Shown here: positions 33,532 through 44,606 of the stretch, one piece after another | Numbering within the stretch: position 1 is the first letter of the stretch | How the letters are laid out: each line of letters starts with the position of its first letter | Origin: Rebecca billardiae RCC1528 | Taxonomy: Eukaryota; Protista; Haptophyta | Assembly: GCA_965240325.2 (NCBI GenBank) | Contig: OZ251232.1 | Location: 930,001 to 994,000, forward strand | Reading direction: 5' to 3' | DNA: 64,000 nucleotides | The notes under the pieces: generated by a model | What the model saw: only the letters and a program-made list of their open reading frames with translations | The model's database searches: none | Told to the model about the DNA's origin: nothing | Translations under genes and position numbers: made by a program

Positions 33532-36500
33532 TCAGTCGAAGTCATCGTCGTCATCGTCGTCGTCATAATCGCCAGCGGCCACAGCGGCATCGTCATCAAC
33601 GAGAACACCGCCGCCACCAGCACGCAGATCAGCATCGGCTGTTGACGACCCCGCCACCACCGCCGTCAGCGCAGTGGCAGCGGTCGCGCCCCCGACCGCG
33701 CACCGAGCCGCGGCGTCCGCGCGCAGCAGCGCTGGGCGCCGCAGTGCGCGCGCGGCACGCGCCGAGCGCTGCCGCCGCGCAAGCTCTGCGAGCAGCGTGG
33801 CGTCGCTCAGCTCGTCCAGTGCGGCCTGCTGCTCAGCGCTGGGCGTCTGCGCGGCCGCGGCGAGCGCGGCGTGGCCGATCACGCCGTCGGCGCCACCGCC
33901 CGTCCCGCCGCCAAAGAGCGCCGCCCTGGCCTCGTGCGCGGCGCGCGCGCCGGCGCCGCTCCGCTCGTCCGCGCCTCCGCGCGCGCGTGCGCCCACGAGG
34001 GCGAGCACGTCCGCGACGGCGGGCTCCGAGAGCGGCGCGAGCGCGCGGCCGAGGCACGAGAGGGTGTCGGGGAAGACCGCCTCCTGCGCGGCGAGCAGTC
34101 GCTTCACCTCGCGCCGCTCCTTGGGCGCCTCGAAGCACGCGGGGCAGTTGTCTGCGATCACGGGCAGCCCGGCCTTGAACGAGAAGGCGCGCGTCTCTCT
34201 CTCTCGCACGTGCATCAGCGGCCGCACGACGCGCACGTCGCCCGCGTCGACCTCGTAGCAGCCCTTCATCGTGCGCAGCTTGCCGTTGCGCAGCGCCGAG
34301 AGTAGGAACGACTCGGCGAGGTCGTCGAGGTGCTGCCCGAGGGCGAGCACGCGCGCGCCGCGCCGGCGGCACGCGTCGTACAGCGCGCCTCGCTTGAGCC
34401 GCGCGCAGAAGGCACAGATCGAGTCGCCCTGCATGCTCGAGCGCGCCGAGTCGAAGATGGGCGTCGGCACGTACTCGAGGTCGATGCCGAGGGCAGCCGT
34501 GTACGCGCGCAGGGGAGACGGGTCGAACGCGCTCGTGCCCGGGTCGACCGTCACCGCGCCGAGCGCAAAGAACCCCGGGGGCGAGCGGCGCTGCACCTCG
34601 CGCAGCGCGTGCAGCAGGCACAGAGAGTCCTTGCCTCCGGAGAGACCCACCAGAACTGTCTCGCCCGGGCGGATCATGCGCCACTCGGTGAGAGCGCGCC
34701 ACACGCACCGCATGAGCGAGCGCGGCGGCGCGTGCCAGCCGCCGCCGCCCGGCGCGCGCGGCACGCCCGCCGGCGCCGGCGGGCGCAGCGGGCAGCTCGC
34801 AGTCTGCGCCAGCAAGGCGGAGCCCTCCTCCTCCTCGCACCCAGAGCCGCCGCCCGCGCCGCCCGCGCCGCCGCCCGCGCCGCCCGCGCCGCCCGCGCCG
34901 CCGCCCGCGCCGCCCGCGCCGCCCGCGCCGCCGCCCGCCGTGCGCAGCGGGTGCTTCTGGCTCGAGACGCGCGGCACGGCGCACACGCCGTTCGCCTGCT
35001 CAGCCGCGCGCGCGTGCGGCGCCGCCGGCGGCTGCTTGCACGTGCCCGCCTCTGCCACCCCGTCGGGCTGCGCGGCGGCGTGCGGCCGCGCGCCGGCCGT
35101 GCGCGCGGCCGCGCGCGCGGCCCAAGTGCCGGCCGCCACGTCTGTCGCGCCCTCGCCATCGCTGGGCAGGTCGCAGTCGCTGTCGCTCAGGCACGCGCGC
35201 GCGGCGGGCTGGGCGCGCTGCCGCGGCGCGGAGGGCGTGCTCGCCGAGCAGCCCGACGCCGCCGAAGCGCCGATCGCTGGCGCGTGCGTCGCCTCGGCCG
35301 GCGCCGCCGCAGCCCGCTGCGCCCGGTGCGCGCCGCCCAGCTCAGCGAGCAGCGCGCACGCGCTGGCCGCGTGTGCGCTGGCTGCAGCCGCGCTGCCAAA
35401 GGGCACGCGCGCGGACGGGTCCTGCTGCGCGCACGCCTCGTCCTGGCTGGCGCGCGCAGCGGGGTGTGGCGCCTCGGTACGGGCGGCGGCTTCGGCGGCG
35501 GCACCGTCGGCATCCGGGCCGTTGGGCGCCGCAGCCTCCGCAGCCGCCCCGGCCGCGCGCGGGGGCGTCGCGCTCGCGGCCGCGCGGCTCACGGCTGCGG
35601 CCGCAGGCGCGGAGGCAGCACCACCGGCCGCCCCGGCGGCGGCGGCTGCAGCGGCGGCGCGCCAGGCGCTATATCGCGCCGGGTCGATGGGCCCGTGCAG
35701 CGGCCCCGCCGCGGGCACCACCGACAGCGGCAGCCCTCGCTCCGCCGCGCCGGCGAGCGCCGCTCCGCTCGGCGCCGCGGACGCGCCGGTCGCGGCGCGC
35801 GCCGCACATGTCTCCGCGAGCAGGGCGAGCATCTCGGCCGGGGTGGCGAACCAGCGGAGGGCGGCGGCGGGGCCCGCGTGCGCGTCCGCGTGCGCGCCGA
35901 CGCCGCCGCGGCCGGCGAGGGCCGGCGTCAGCTCGTCCTCCGCGTCGTGCGAGCGCGCAACGCCCGCGGCCGCGGCCGCGCCGAGCGCGCGCCCACCCCG
36001 CGCGCCCAGAGCTGTGAGCTCGCTCTCCGCCGCCGCCAGCTGCTCCGCCCAGCACGCGCCGAGCGCGTCGGGGCCGAGCGCGCGCGCGTCGTCCTCCGGC
36101 GCGAGCCCCGCCGCCTCGCGCCCCGCCGCCGGCTCGAGCGGGAACGCGCAGCTCGCCAGCCAGCGCCGCGCGGGGAAGGAGCGCGCGCGCGTGCGGTGGC
36201 GCGCCTCGCCCGTGCGCGGGTCGAGCCTGTACTGCGGCAGCAGCCGCCAGCCGTGCGCGGCGACGAGCCGGACCGCGGCGGCGAGGTACTCGAGCTCGGC
36301 GGCGGAGGCGAAGGGGGGCAGCGCGACGCGCACGAACCCCGGCCGGAGCAGCTCCGCGCCGCCCACCAGCGCCGCCTCGAGCCTCGCCGAGTCAGCGGCG
36401 GAGATGCCGAGCAGCCGATGCGCGTACGGCCCGGCGCACGCGCAGCCCGCGCGCGCCTGCACGCCGAAGAGGTCGCTGAGCATGGCGCAGGCGGCGTGGT

Positions 36501-37794
36501 GGTGCAGCAGGCGGGAGGGCGCGCCGGGCGCGTGCGCCGGCGCGCGCACGACGAACGAGACCACGGCCGCCCGCGCCGGCGCCGCCCCGTCCGCTGCCGC
36601 GCCGAGCAGCAGCAGCCCTGGCGCGCCGCGCAGCCGGCGCCACAGCGCGGACCCGAGCTCGGCGTGTGCGCGCGCGAGCGCCTGCCGGCCGAGGCGGACG
36701 AGGAGCTGGCACGCGAGGCCGCAGCGCACGCTCCCCACCAGGTCGGGCGTGCCGCCCTCCTCGCGCTCCTCCGCGTTCGCCAGGTACCGGTGGTCCGTCG
36801 CCGTGACGAAGAAAACGGTCCCGCCGCCGACCACCGCGGGCACCGCGTTTGTCAGCAGCCGGCGCTTCACCACGAGCACGCCGGGCGCGCCGACGCCGCC
36901 GGGGAGCTTGTGCGACGAGACGAACGCGGCGTCCTTGTACACCCACGGGCTCGCCGCGCCGTCCGCGTCGAGCACGATCGGGTTCATGTCGAGCGCGCCG
37001 TGCGCGGCGCACGCGGCGTAGTCCCAGAACACGAGCGCGCCCGCGCGGTGCAGCTGCGCGCTCACGGCGTCCACGTGCTCGGCGACGCCGGTGACGTTGC
37101 TCGCGGCGGAGAACGAGCCGATCAGCAGCGGGCGCGGCTCCCGCGCCGCGTGCCGCGCCAGCGCCGCGCCCAGCGCCGCGCGGTCCAGCGTGCCCGTGCG
37201 CGCGTCCTCTGGCAGCGGCTCCACCTCCGCGCCGGCCGCCTCGCGCCACGGCAGCAGGTTCGAGTGGTGCTCGAGCGGGCCGACGAAGACGACGGCGCGC
37301 GGGGTGCCCGCGCGCGGCGGCAGGTGCAGCCCGAGGATCCGCACCAGCCGGTCGATCGCGCCCGTCGAGCCCGTGCCCGTCCACAGCACGACGTCGGCGT
37401 GCGCGCTGCCCGCGCCCGTGCGAGCGTTGAACGCTCGCGCGACGTGCTCGCGCGCCTCGCGGCGGAAGGCGGAGGCTTGCAGGCCGACAGCCGAGGTCGT
37501 GGAGTGCGTGTTCGCGTACAGCGGCAGCACCTCCCGGCGCACCACCTCCTCGAACGTGTGCAGCGCGCGGCCGGACGCCGCCCAGTCAGCGTACAGCAGT
37601 CGCTTCGCACCGAATGGCGTGTGCACGCGCGCGCCGTGGCCGACGACGTCGTCGCGCACGCGCGAAAGCGCGTCGGCTGCGCGTGACGCGGCGAGGTCGC
37701 CCGGCGAGGCGGCCGTCTCGTCGGCCTCCGCGCGCGCCGACGAGAGGTCCACCCCTTCAAAGTGGCGGTACGCGGGCGACGTGGCGGTCGCCAT
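33532..37794 (-). CDS. Fusion: class-V PLP cysteine desulfurase-like domain, Ala-rich linker, TtcA-like PP-loop tRNA thiolase
   Basis: N-terminal motifs: YADWAASGR, EHHSNLLPW, SSHKLPGG (PLP lysine), GGTP, RAGCACAGPY. C-terminal motifs: SGGKDS PP-loop, CAFCARLKRG, LGQHLDD, RPL, NCPAC. Confidence 0.9.
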   Translation of the reverse strand: MATATSPAYRHFEGVDLSSARAEADETAASPGDLAASRAADALSRVRDDVVGHGARVHTPFGAKRLLYADWAASGRALHTFEEVVRREVLPLYANTHSTTSAVGLQASAFRREAREHVARAFNARTGAGSAHADVVLWTGTGSTGAIDRLVRILGLHLPPRAGTPRAVVFVGPLEHHSNLLPWREAAGAEVEPLPEDARTGTLDRAALGAALARHAAREPRPLLIGSFSAASNVTGVAEHVDAVSAQLHRAGALVFWDYAACAAHGALDMNPIVLDADGAASPWVYKDAAFVSSHKLPGGVGAPGVLVVKRRLLTNAVPAVVGGGTVFFVTATDHRYLANAEEREEGGTPDLVGSVRCGLACQLLVRLGRQALARAHAELGSALWRRLRGAPGLLLLGAAADGAAPARAAVVSFVVRAPAHAPGAPSRLLHHHAACAMLSDLFGVQARAGCACAGPYAHRLLGISAADSARLEAALVGGAELLRPGFVRVALPPFASAAELEYLAAAVRLVAAHGWRLLPQYRLDPRTGEARHRTRARSFPARRWLASCAFPLEPAAGREAAGLAPEDDARALGPDALGACWAEQLAAAESELTALGARGGRALGAAAAAGVARSHDAEDELTPALAGRGGVGAHADAHAGPAAALRWFATPAEMLALLAETCAARAATGASAAPSGAALAGAAERGLPLSVVPAAGPLHGPIDPARYSAWRAAAAAAAAGAAGGAASAPAAAAVSRAAASATPPRAAGAAAEAAAPNGPDADGAAAEAAARTEAPHPAARASQDEACAQQDPSARVPFGSAAAASAHAASACALLAELGGAHRAQRAAAAPAEATHAPAIGASAASGCSASTPSAPRQRAQPAARACLSDSDCDLPSDGEGATDVAAGTWAARAAARTAGARPHAAAQPDGVAEAGTCKQPPAAPHARAAEQANGVCAVPRVSSQKHPLRTAGGGAGGAGGAGGGAGGAGGAGGGAGGAGGGSGCEEEEGSALLAQTASCPLRPPAPAGVPRAPGGGGWHAPPRSLMRCVWRALTEWRMIRPGETVLVGLSGGKDSLCLLHALREVQRRSPPGFFALGAVTVDPGTSAFDPSPLRAYTAALGIDLEYVPTPIFDSARSSMQGDSICAFCARLKRGALYDACRRRGARVLALGQHLDDLAESFLLSALRNGKLRTMKGCYEVDAGDVRVVRPLMHVRERETRAFSFKAGLPVIADNCPACFEAPKERREVKRLLAAQEAVFPDTLSCLGRALAPLSEPAVADVLALVGARARGGADERSGAGARAAHEARAALFGGGTGGGADGVIGHAALAAAAQTPSAEQQAALDELSDATLLAELARRQRSARAARALRRPALLRADAAARCAVGGATAATALTAVVAGSSTADADLRAGGGGVLVDDDAAVAAGDYDDDDDDDDFD

Positions 37795-38299
37795 CGTTCA
37801 CGTGCAGTCGGAGGGACGGTTGCTCGGCTTGCCGGGCGTCAATCCGTCATCACGCTCGGGGCCGACGAAGGCGACACGCGCGTGCGCGGCGGCGGGTTTG
37901 CAGCTGACTGACCTGCCGCGCGATCGGGTGGTGCAAGTTGGTGCACGCTTCTTGAGCTGCGCGCCCTTGCAGCCGCCAAAGCCACGACGGCGCGCCTCTC
38001 GTTGGCGGCGCCGGCCTAGGACTCAGTAGTAGGAGAGTCCTGCCACTGCCCGGCCGCCGCCCGACCGGGGGCGCGGTCACGCTGGCCGGGCCGCTCATCG
38101 GTTTGAGCATGCACTGCGCGAGCGGCACTCGCGCACGCACGCGCACGCCGAAGTGGCTGCAGTCGGGGCGGCTGCTATTCTGTCTGCTGCTAGACGCTAG
38201 TCGTCAGACTCAGGCTTTGGGTGGGCGGATCGGGCAGAGCGTCGGGCTCGCGCTAGTGCGGCAATAAGTGCGGATGGCCGGCGATCTGACGGCGTGACG

Positions 38300-41104
38300 C
38301 TACACGCGCCCGCCGAGCCCGTCGACGCCGGCGACGTCCTCGCCCATCTCCGCGAGCGCGCGCGCGAAGCGGCTCGCCGAGCTCATCGCCGTGCGCGCCG
38401 TGTCGAGTGCGAACAGCGCGAGGTCGAACGCGCGGCCGAGCTGCGTCGCGTCCGCGGCCGTGAGCAGCCCCGTCTGCAGCAGCGCGTCGACGTGGAAGCG
38501 CTTGAGCTCGGTGACGGCGCGCGCGGCGAGCAGGTGCAGCTGCAGCGTGACGAGCGCCGGGCTGCGCCGCCGGTGCGCCTCGAGCTCCGCCTTGGCGCGC
38601 TCGAGCACGGGCGCGAGCACCTCAGACGCCACAGCGTCGCGCTCGCCCGTGACGCCTCCGGTGAGCAACGTCACGGCGGTGTGCGCGCGGATGAAGCCGG
38701 AGAGCGCCTCGGTGACTCTGAACGTGGCGTCGAAGACGAGCGCGCGGTACAGCCACTCGCCGAGCAGCGGCAGCGCGCGGAGCGCGCGCTGCCACGCCGC
38801 CGGCCGCGCGCGCGGCAGCGCGTACAGAAGCACGCTCAGCTGCAACGCCAGCGCGTCCTTGGCGCTCGCGTCCGCGTGCAGCAGCAGGTACTCCTCGCCC
38901 GAGGAGAGGGCCTCGGAGAGCGCGCCCAGCGCGGCCGAGTCGAGCTGCTTGCGCACGTACTGCTGCTCGTACTGCAGGCGCAGCGCGGCGAACAGCGTCT
39001 CGACCAGCTCCTCGTCGCGCCGCGGCGGCGCGACGGACAGCGCGCTCCGCGCGACGACGGAGCCTCGGGCGAGCCAGCCGCCGCGGCGCGCGGGCGCGGC
39101 CGACGCGGCGGGCGGCAGAGCGCCGGCCGCGGGCCCGGTGCCGATGGGCAGCTCGTTGGTGGAGCGGCGCCAGAGCTGGCGCGGGTGCTCCTGCGCGGGG
39201 TCCTCCAGCGTGCCCACGTCGAACGCCGAGTGCGCCAGCCGCGCGCCCGCGCCGCCGCGCTCGCCGCTCGGGTGGCGTGCGTGCAGCGCCCGCTGCGCGC
39301 ACTCGACAGCGCGCCGCACGACCGCCGGCGAGAGCAGCTCCTGGTGCGTCATGCGCGGCACGCTGAGCCGGTCGTTGGGGAGGACCGTCGTGCCGCCGAG
39401 CGAGGGCACGAGCGAGAGGACGAGCTCCCACTCCGTCCGCCGGTACAGCCAGTCTGTGCCCGCTTTGGGCGGCGGCGGCGCGTCGCCTGCCGCGGCCGGG
39501 CCGCCCAGCGGCTTGGCGGTCGGGTTGGGCTCGCGCGCGCCGCGGCCGCTGCCGGCGGCGGCGGCCGGCCTGGCGTGCTTGGGCGGCGCGGGCTGAGCGG
39601 GCTGTCCAAAGTGCTCGGCGCGGATGCGCTCCATCGTCGGCCCCTCCAGCTCCTCGATCGCCCGCGCCACCACGCGCGCGCGGTACGGCTTAGCCGGGTA
39701 GAGCGCCAGCGCGTCAAACAGCGCGGGCGTGCTCGTGCCGTTCACGCCCATCGTCAGCACGACGATCGACGCGACCAGGTAGTGGATGCGCTCGCGGTCG
39801 GCGCGCGGGATGAGCTCGTCGTGCAGCACGAGCAGGCTCAGCGCGAGCCCGACCGCGCCGCGCAGCCCCGCGTACACGATCACCGCCGACTCGCCCGGCG
39901 TGAGCGCGTACCCGAGCCGAGAGAGTGCCGGGTAGAGGAGGGCCACGGTGAGAGTTCGGACGGCGAGCAGCAGCAGGTACAGCGGCAGCGCGTGCCACCA
40001 CACGGCGGCGCCGTCGGTGGCGTGGACCGCGGCGTACGCGGCGATGCCCGCGACGAAGAAGATCACCGTCTCCGCCACGTGCCCCAGGAAGGGCAGCACC
40101 GCGTGCGCCACCGCCGCCGCCGAGGGCGAGAGCGCGTACTTGCCCTCGCGCGCAATCAGCAGCCCGAGCGTCACGACCGCGAGCACGCCCGAGACGCTCA
40201 GCATCAGCTCGGCGATGGCGAAGGTGGCGTAGGTGGCGAGGAGCAGCAGGCCCACCTCGACGCGCCAGTCGTTCGTCACCACGCGCAGCCACGACGACAC
40301 CGCCGCGTAGCACGCGCACCCCAGCGCCACGCCGCCGAGCGAGAGCCTCAGGAAGAACGCGACACCCGAGCCGACAGTGTGCGGCTCGGTGGCGCCGCTC
40401 GCGGCCGCGTCGAGGTTGTGCTTGAAGAGGAGGAAGAGGACCATCGCCGAGCCGTCGTTGAGGAGCGACTCGCCGTCGATCACGTCGGACAGCCGCTCGG
40501 GCGCGCCCAGCGCGTGCAGCGTCGAGACCACCGCCACCGGGTCGGTCGCGCTCACGATCGAGCCGAGCGCGAGCGCCGCGTCCCACGACCACGGCGCGCC
40601 GCCCTCGCCGTAGCCGAAGGCGTAGCGCAGCACGGCGCCGACGGCGAAGGTCTGCAGGACGACGCCGGGGAAGGCGAGCAGGAACGTCTGCCACCGCGTG
40701 CGCCAGAACACGTGGAAGTCCATCGAGGACGCGCTCTCGAGGATGAGCGGCGGCAGCAGCACCAGCAGGATCACGTGCGGGTCGACGACCTGCGTCGAGG
40801 CGATGAGCGAGTGGAGCGTGGGGAAGGCCTCCTCGCCGTACGCCTCGTCGATCAGATGCACCGTCATCTCGAAGACGAACGAGATCAGCCCGCCCGCCAG
40901 GAAGACCGAGAGCGTGTACGGAGGCAGCACCAGCTTGCCGCCAAACCGGTCGCGCGCGCGCGGCACGAGCTGCGTCTCGACGAAGCGGAGTGCCGTGCCG
41001 ATGAAGAGGCCGATGATGGAGAGCAGGACGACGCGCGAGGTCGCGTGCTCATCCGCGCCATCGCAGCCCTCCGCCGCGTGCGCGGCCTCGTCACCGCCCG
41101 ACAT
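38300..41104 (-). CDS. CPA1 Na+/H+ antiporter (NhaP/SOS1-like)
   Basis: Many TM segments plus motifs LLPPLILES, SATDPVAV, GESLLNDG, VSGVLAVV and GLRGAVGLAL. Probable start MSGGDE at 41104, because the longer ORF would overlap the GNAT gene. Confidence 0.9.
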   Translation of the reverse strand: MSGGDEAAHAAEGCDGADEHATSRVVLLSIIGLFIGTALRFVETQLVPRARDRFGGKLVLPPYTLSVFLAGGLISFVFEMTVHLIDEAYGEEAFPTLHSLIASTQVVDPHVILLVLLPPLILESASSMDFHVFWRTRWQTFLLAFPGVVLQTFAVGAVLRYAFGYGEGGAPWSWDAALALGSIVSATDPVAVVSTLHALGAPERLSDVIDGESLLNDGSAMVLFLLFKHNLDAAASGATEPHTVGSGVAFFLRLSLGGVALGCACYAAVSSWLRVVTNDWRVEVGLLLLATYATFAIAELMLSVSGVLAVVTLGLLIAREGKYALSPSAAAVAHAVLPFLGHVAETVIFFVAGIAAYAAVHATDGAAVWWHALPLYLLLLAVRTLTVALLYPALSRLGYALTPGESAVIVYAGLRGAVGLALSLLVLHDELIPRADRERIHYLVASIVVLTMGVNGTSTPALFDALALYPAKPYRARVVARAIEELEGPTMERIRAEHFGQPAQPAPPKHARPAAAAGSGRGAREPNPTAKPLGGPAAAGDAPPPPKAGTDWLYRRTEWELVLSLVPSLGGTTVLPNDRLSVPRMTHQELLSPAVVRRAVECAQRALHARHPSGERGGAGARLAHSAFDVGTLEDPAQEHPRQLWRRSTNELPIGTGPAAGALPPAASAAPARRGGWLARGSVVARSALSVAPPRRDEELVETLFAALRLQYEQQYVRKQLDSAALGALSEALSSGEEYLLLHADASAKDALALQLSVLLYALPRARPAAWQRALRALPLLGEWLYRALVFDATFRVTEALSGFIRAHTAVTLLTGGVTGERDAVASEVLAPVLERAKAELEAHRRRSPALVTLQLHLLAARAVTELKRFHVDALLQTGLLTAADATQLGRAFDLALFALDTARTAMSSASRFARALAEMGEDVAGVDGLGGRV

Positions 41105-41183
41105 GCGGTCCAGGACCGGGAGCGGCGCAGCGTGACACTCTTTCGAGACCGGACGGTGACGTCCGGAGTGCGCAGCGCCGCTG

Positions 41184-42191
41184 ATGCTTGCCGCGTTGAT
41201 GGCGGCGACGACGGCGTGCGCCCTCACGGTCCGCACGCTGGGGCTCGCGGATGCGCCGAGCGTGGAGCGCCTCGCCGCGTTGCAGAGCTGGGACCAGCCG
41301 CTCGCCGACGTCGAGCTGCTCTTCCGCCTGATCGAGGCGGACCCGAGCGGAACGAGCGCCGCACTCGGCCACTTTGCAGACGACGAGCTCGTGAGCTGCG
41401 CCGCGCTGCTGCGCATCGATGCGCAGACGTGCTGGCTGAGCTACGTGATCACCGCGGAGGCTTGGCGCCGGCGTGGCCTCGCCCGCGCCGTGTGCACGCA
41501 GCTGGCCGCTCGCGCCAAAGGCGACACCGTCGGGCTGTTTGGCGCAGTCGGCGGTCAGCACCTGTACCGCACGCTTGGCTTTGAGCCGTGCTCAGCGGTC
41601 ACGCTGATGAGCTGGCCGACGGGCGCGCTGGCTGAGCCGTCGCCGGCTGCGTCACCAGCGCGGGCTCTTGCCCCGCACGAGCTCGAGGCTATGCTCCGCG
41701 CGGAGACGCCGGAGCGCGCCGCAGCGATGCGCGAGTGGTACTCTGCATCGCCCGAGCTCGCGTGCGCGGTGCCGCGGCGGGACGGAGCTGGGTTGCTGGT
41801 GTGCGCGCTTGGACGGCCGTGGAACAACGGCAACGTGTTCATAGGGCCCGTGCTAGCAGGCGGACTCGAGTGGCAGGACGCAGAGGGCCACGCAGCCGTG
41901 CACAATGTCCTCATCGGCGCCATGGCTGCCGCAGGGCGCAGGCGAGCGACGAGCGCCGTCGTCCTGCTTGGCCGGGGCGGCGACGTCGAGCGCGTCGTGC
42001 GCGGCCTGGGCTTCTCGGACCTGGTGCAGGGCGGCATGCTCATGATCCGACCGCCACGGGCGGCAGCTCGGACAGACCGCTCGGCGCACGAAGAATCGAG
42101 TGACCGGCAGCCTGTCCAGGGCAGTGGCGTGCTCGCCGGCAACGCGCTGCCCGCTCTCGAGGTGCTTGCGGCGGGTTATGAATTGGGTTGA
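41184..42191 (+). CDS. GNAT-family acetyltransferase (YitH-like), possibly with an N-terminal targeting peptide
   Basis: Motif A WRRRGLARA, motif GQHLYRTLGF, and a second half containing IGPVLA. Hydrophobic N-terminus MLAALMAATTACALT. Confidence 0.75.
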   Translation: MLAALMAATTACALTVRTLGLADAPSVERLAALQSWDQPLADVELLFRLIEADPSGTSAALGHFADDELVSCAALLRIDAQTCWLSYVITAEAWRRRGLARAVCTQLAARAKGDTVGLFGAVGGQHLYRTLGFEPCSAVTLMSWPTGALAEPSPAASPARALAPHELEAMLRAETPERAAAMREWYSASPELACAVPRRDGAGLLVCALGRPWNNGNVFIGPVLAGGLEWQDAEGHAAVHNVLIGAMAAAGRRRATSAVVLLGRGGDVERVVRGLGFSDLVQGGMLMIRPPRAAARTDRSAHEESSDRQPVQGSGVLAGNALPALEVLAAGYELG

Positions 42192-42383
42192 CAATGAGTT
42201 GATAATGACGATGATCAATAATAAGGTTGTCACTGGCGGCGTCCGGCAGCGGCGCCCCGGGCGGTCGGGCCGCGGCCTGCGCGTCCGCAGCTTGTGGGTC
42301 GTCGTCATCGTCATTTGTAACCGCGTGACTCAGATGTGCACTGTCAGCACACATCATGATGAATAAGTGATATGATGAAGCCC

Positions 42384-42492
42384 GTCTCTCTCGATCTCTC
42401 TCTCTCCGACTCTCGTCTAGCTAGTCTCCGCCCTCTCTCTCTCTCTCTCTCTCTCTCTGCTCTCTCTCATCTCTCTCTCTCTCTCACTCTCT
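42384..42492. repeat. Imperfect (CT)n microsatellite
   Basis: Directly visible. Confidence 0.9.
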
Positions 42493-44606
42493 ATGTCTAG
42501 CCGTAGTCCTCAAAGCGCCGGCGCTACCAGATGCAGCGAGGAGGGCAGGCACACGCCGGGCAGGGCGGAGCCACGCGGCGTGACAATGACACCAGACTAC
42601 GACTTTATTTACGTAGATTATATTGTATCATGGGATGTTATTATGATCGAGATATTCGTCTTCGTTCCTCGGCGGAAAACATAGTCGTGCGAGCGGCAGC
42701 CAGCGCTCGGGCCGAGTGCGCTGCTTCAAGCTCAGCACGAGATGCAGGCCTGAGTGAAGTAGCCGCCAGCTGCCGATCGAGCAGATCCGAGATCGCGCGT
42801 CGTTAACGATGCCGGTCAGGCACAGCGGCGGATATCGACTATCGAGCAGCGGGCGCATTGAGCCAGGGGCGCATTCGCAGGCTGGTGGCGGCACGGGCAG
42901 CCATGAGCCGGACGAAGAAGACGAGCCGCCTTAGCCGCAGCTCGACGCCTGATTAATTTGAGCATCCAGCTGCTCACCCAATGGCGAAATAATCGAGTAC
43001 CGTATGCCGATGCCGAAACTCGTCCAACCGAGAGCAGCGCGGCGCGGCACAACCCAACGGGCAGCAGTCCAGGGTCGTCGTCGTGCGCGCGTGCGCAGAG
43101 CAGGTTCATCAATAAATGTTTCGAGTGGCACTGGTCGCACTGGTGACTGGCTCTAGCAGTAGCTAGCTGGCTTCGGTTGACCCCTGCTGCCAGAGACGGC
43201 GGGCACTGTGAGCTCCTTCATTCATGAAGATTGAAGTCACTCGTGAAAACTGCACCGAGGAGGACCTCAACGGATGCCTAGGGCTAGGCTAGATCACTCA
43301 CTCAAGTACGACTAGATGATGACTTCAGAGCGATATCGGGCCAACAAGCACTTCCTAGCAGTAGATAGTTCAGACTCTATTTTTACTATACGTATTTACC
43401 CGGGCCATTTCAGACTGCTCTGGTCATCGAACACGGTCCGTCAGGTCTCAGGACGATCCCGGGGATGCACCCGTAGCTATTGGAAATAATGTGTCACCGC
43501 CGACTGGTTAAATAGCTATATATATTATTCGTCATCAATTATATTATTGGCCATCCCGATAAGTAGCAATAACCGCCCCTACTTGCCACTTGGGGCCCTG
43601 TGGGACACTTATTCGGGCGTTCATTCGGCCGCAGGAATGCAAAGATCATTTTCGGTACGCCCGGTTCGGGCGGTTTCTATTAGACCGCGCGGACTGGCAG
43701 TGGGGTCAGAGCTCCGACGACCGGTACAGTGACTTACACTCCCGAGTGACACAATCTCCCGAAATCTCGAAATATGAAATATCTCCTCGGTTTGTAAGTG
43801 TTTGAGTCCGTTTAAGTTCGTTTAGGCTTAATTCCAGGGTGTAGAATCCGCCTGTGCCAATTTCAGACTGCCAAAATGTGATCTAGACGGTGCGATTCTG
43901 GTGCAAGTAGCGAGATCACCTTGGAGATCATATCGTGTATCTCCCCTACTAATGTTGCCGAGATCGCGTCGAGATTGAGATCGTATATCTCCCGTATGTG
44001 ACATTTTTTCGCAAAACTAGTGTCAGCGTGACCCCATTATCAGCTCATTTATCAGGCGAATATTGACATCCCGAAGTTTGAGAGCCTCATCTCAAGACGA
44101 CAGGAAGTTGGATTTTGGGCCACGCACCCCCCAGTGGGGCTCTGACCCCTCTAGCCAGTCTAGGCAGGGCGGTCAACCGAGTCCCGGACTCGGAGCCAGA
44201 CGCCTGAGACGGGCGAGCCACGCGACTTAGTCGAATCGTCGTCCGAGACTTACGGGTGCGGCGCGCGTGCCCTCTTTCACAGCAGACTATGCACTGCTCG
44301 CTGCCTATGCACTGCTCGCTGCCGAGGCCCGCGTCTGCGGCCCGACCGAGCGGTCCGCCGGTCCGCGGGCGCGGGGAACCGTTCCGAAGATGAGTCCGCG
44401 TGCTGAGCCTGCAGTCGTCGGCCTTGAGCCGGTTAGCGGGCCAGCCGGTGCCGCAGTTCAGGACGTGCGTTGAGCGAGCAACGGCCCGGCGCACCGTCGG
44501 CAGCCGCGCCAGGCCAGCACAATCGCACCCCCAGCAGCGCGGGAGGTGGCAGATGCACGGCGCCGGCGCAGCGGCCAGGGCGCGCCGCGCGCTGCCAGCA
44601 CGCCGA

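Noticed and set aside
42500-44450. Short ORFs and an 18-bp doublet (~44287) in an AT-richer region
   Set aside because: No codon bias, domain or terminal repeats recognised; treated as intergenic.
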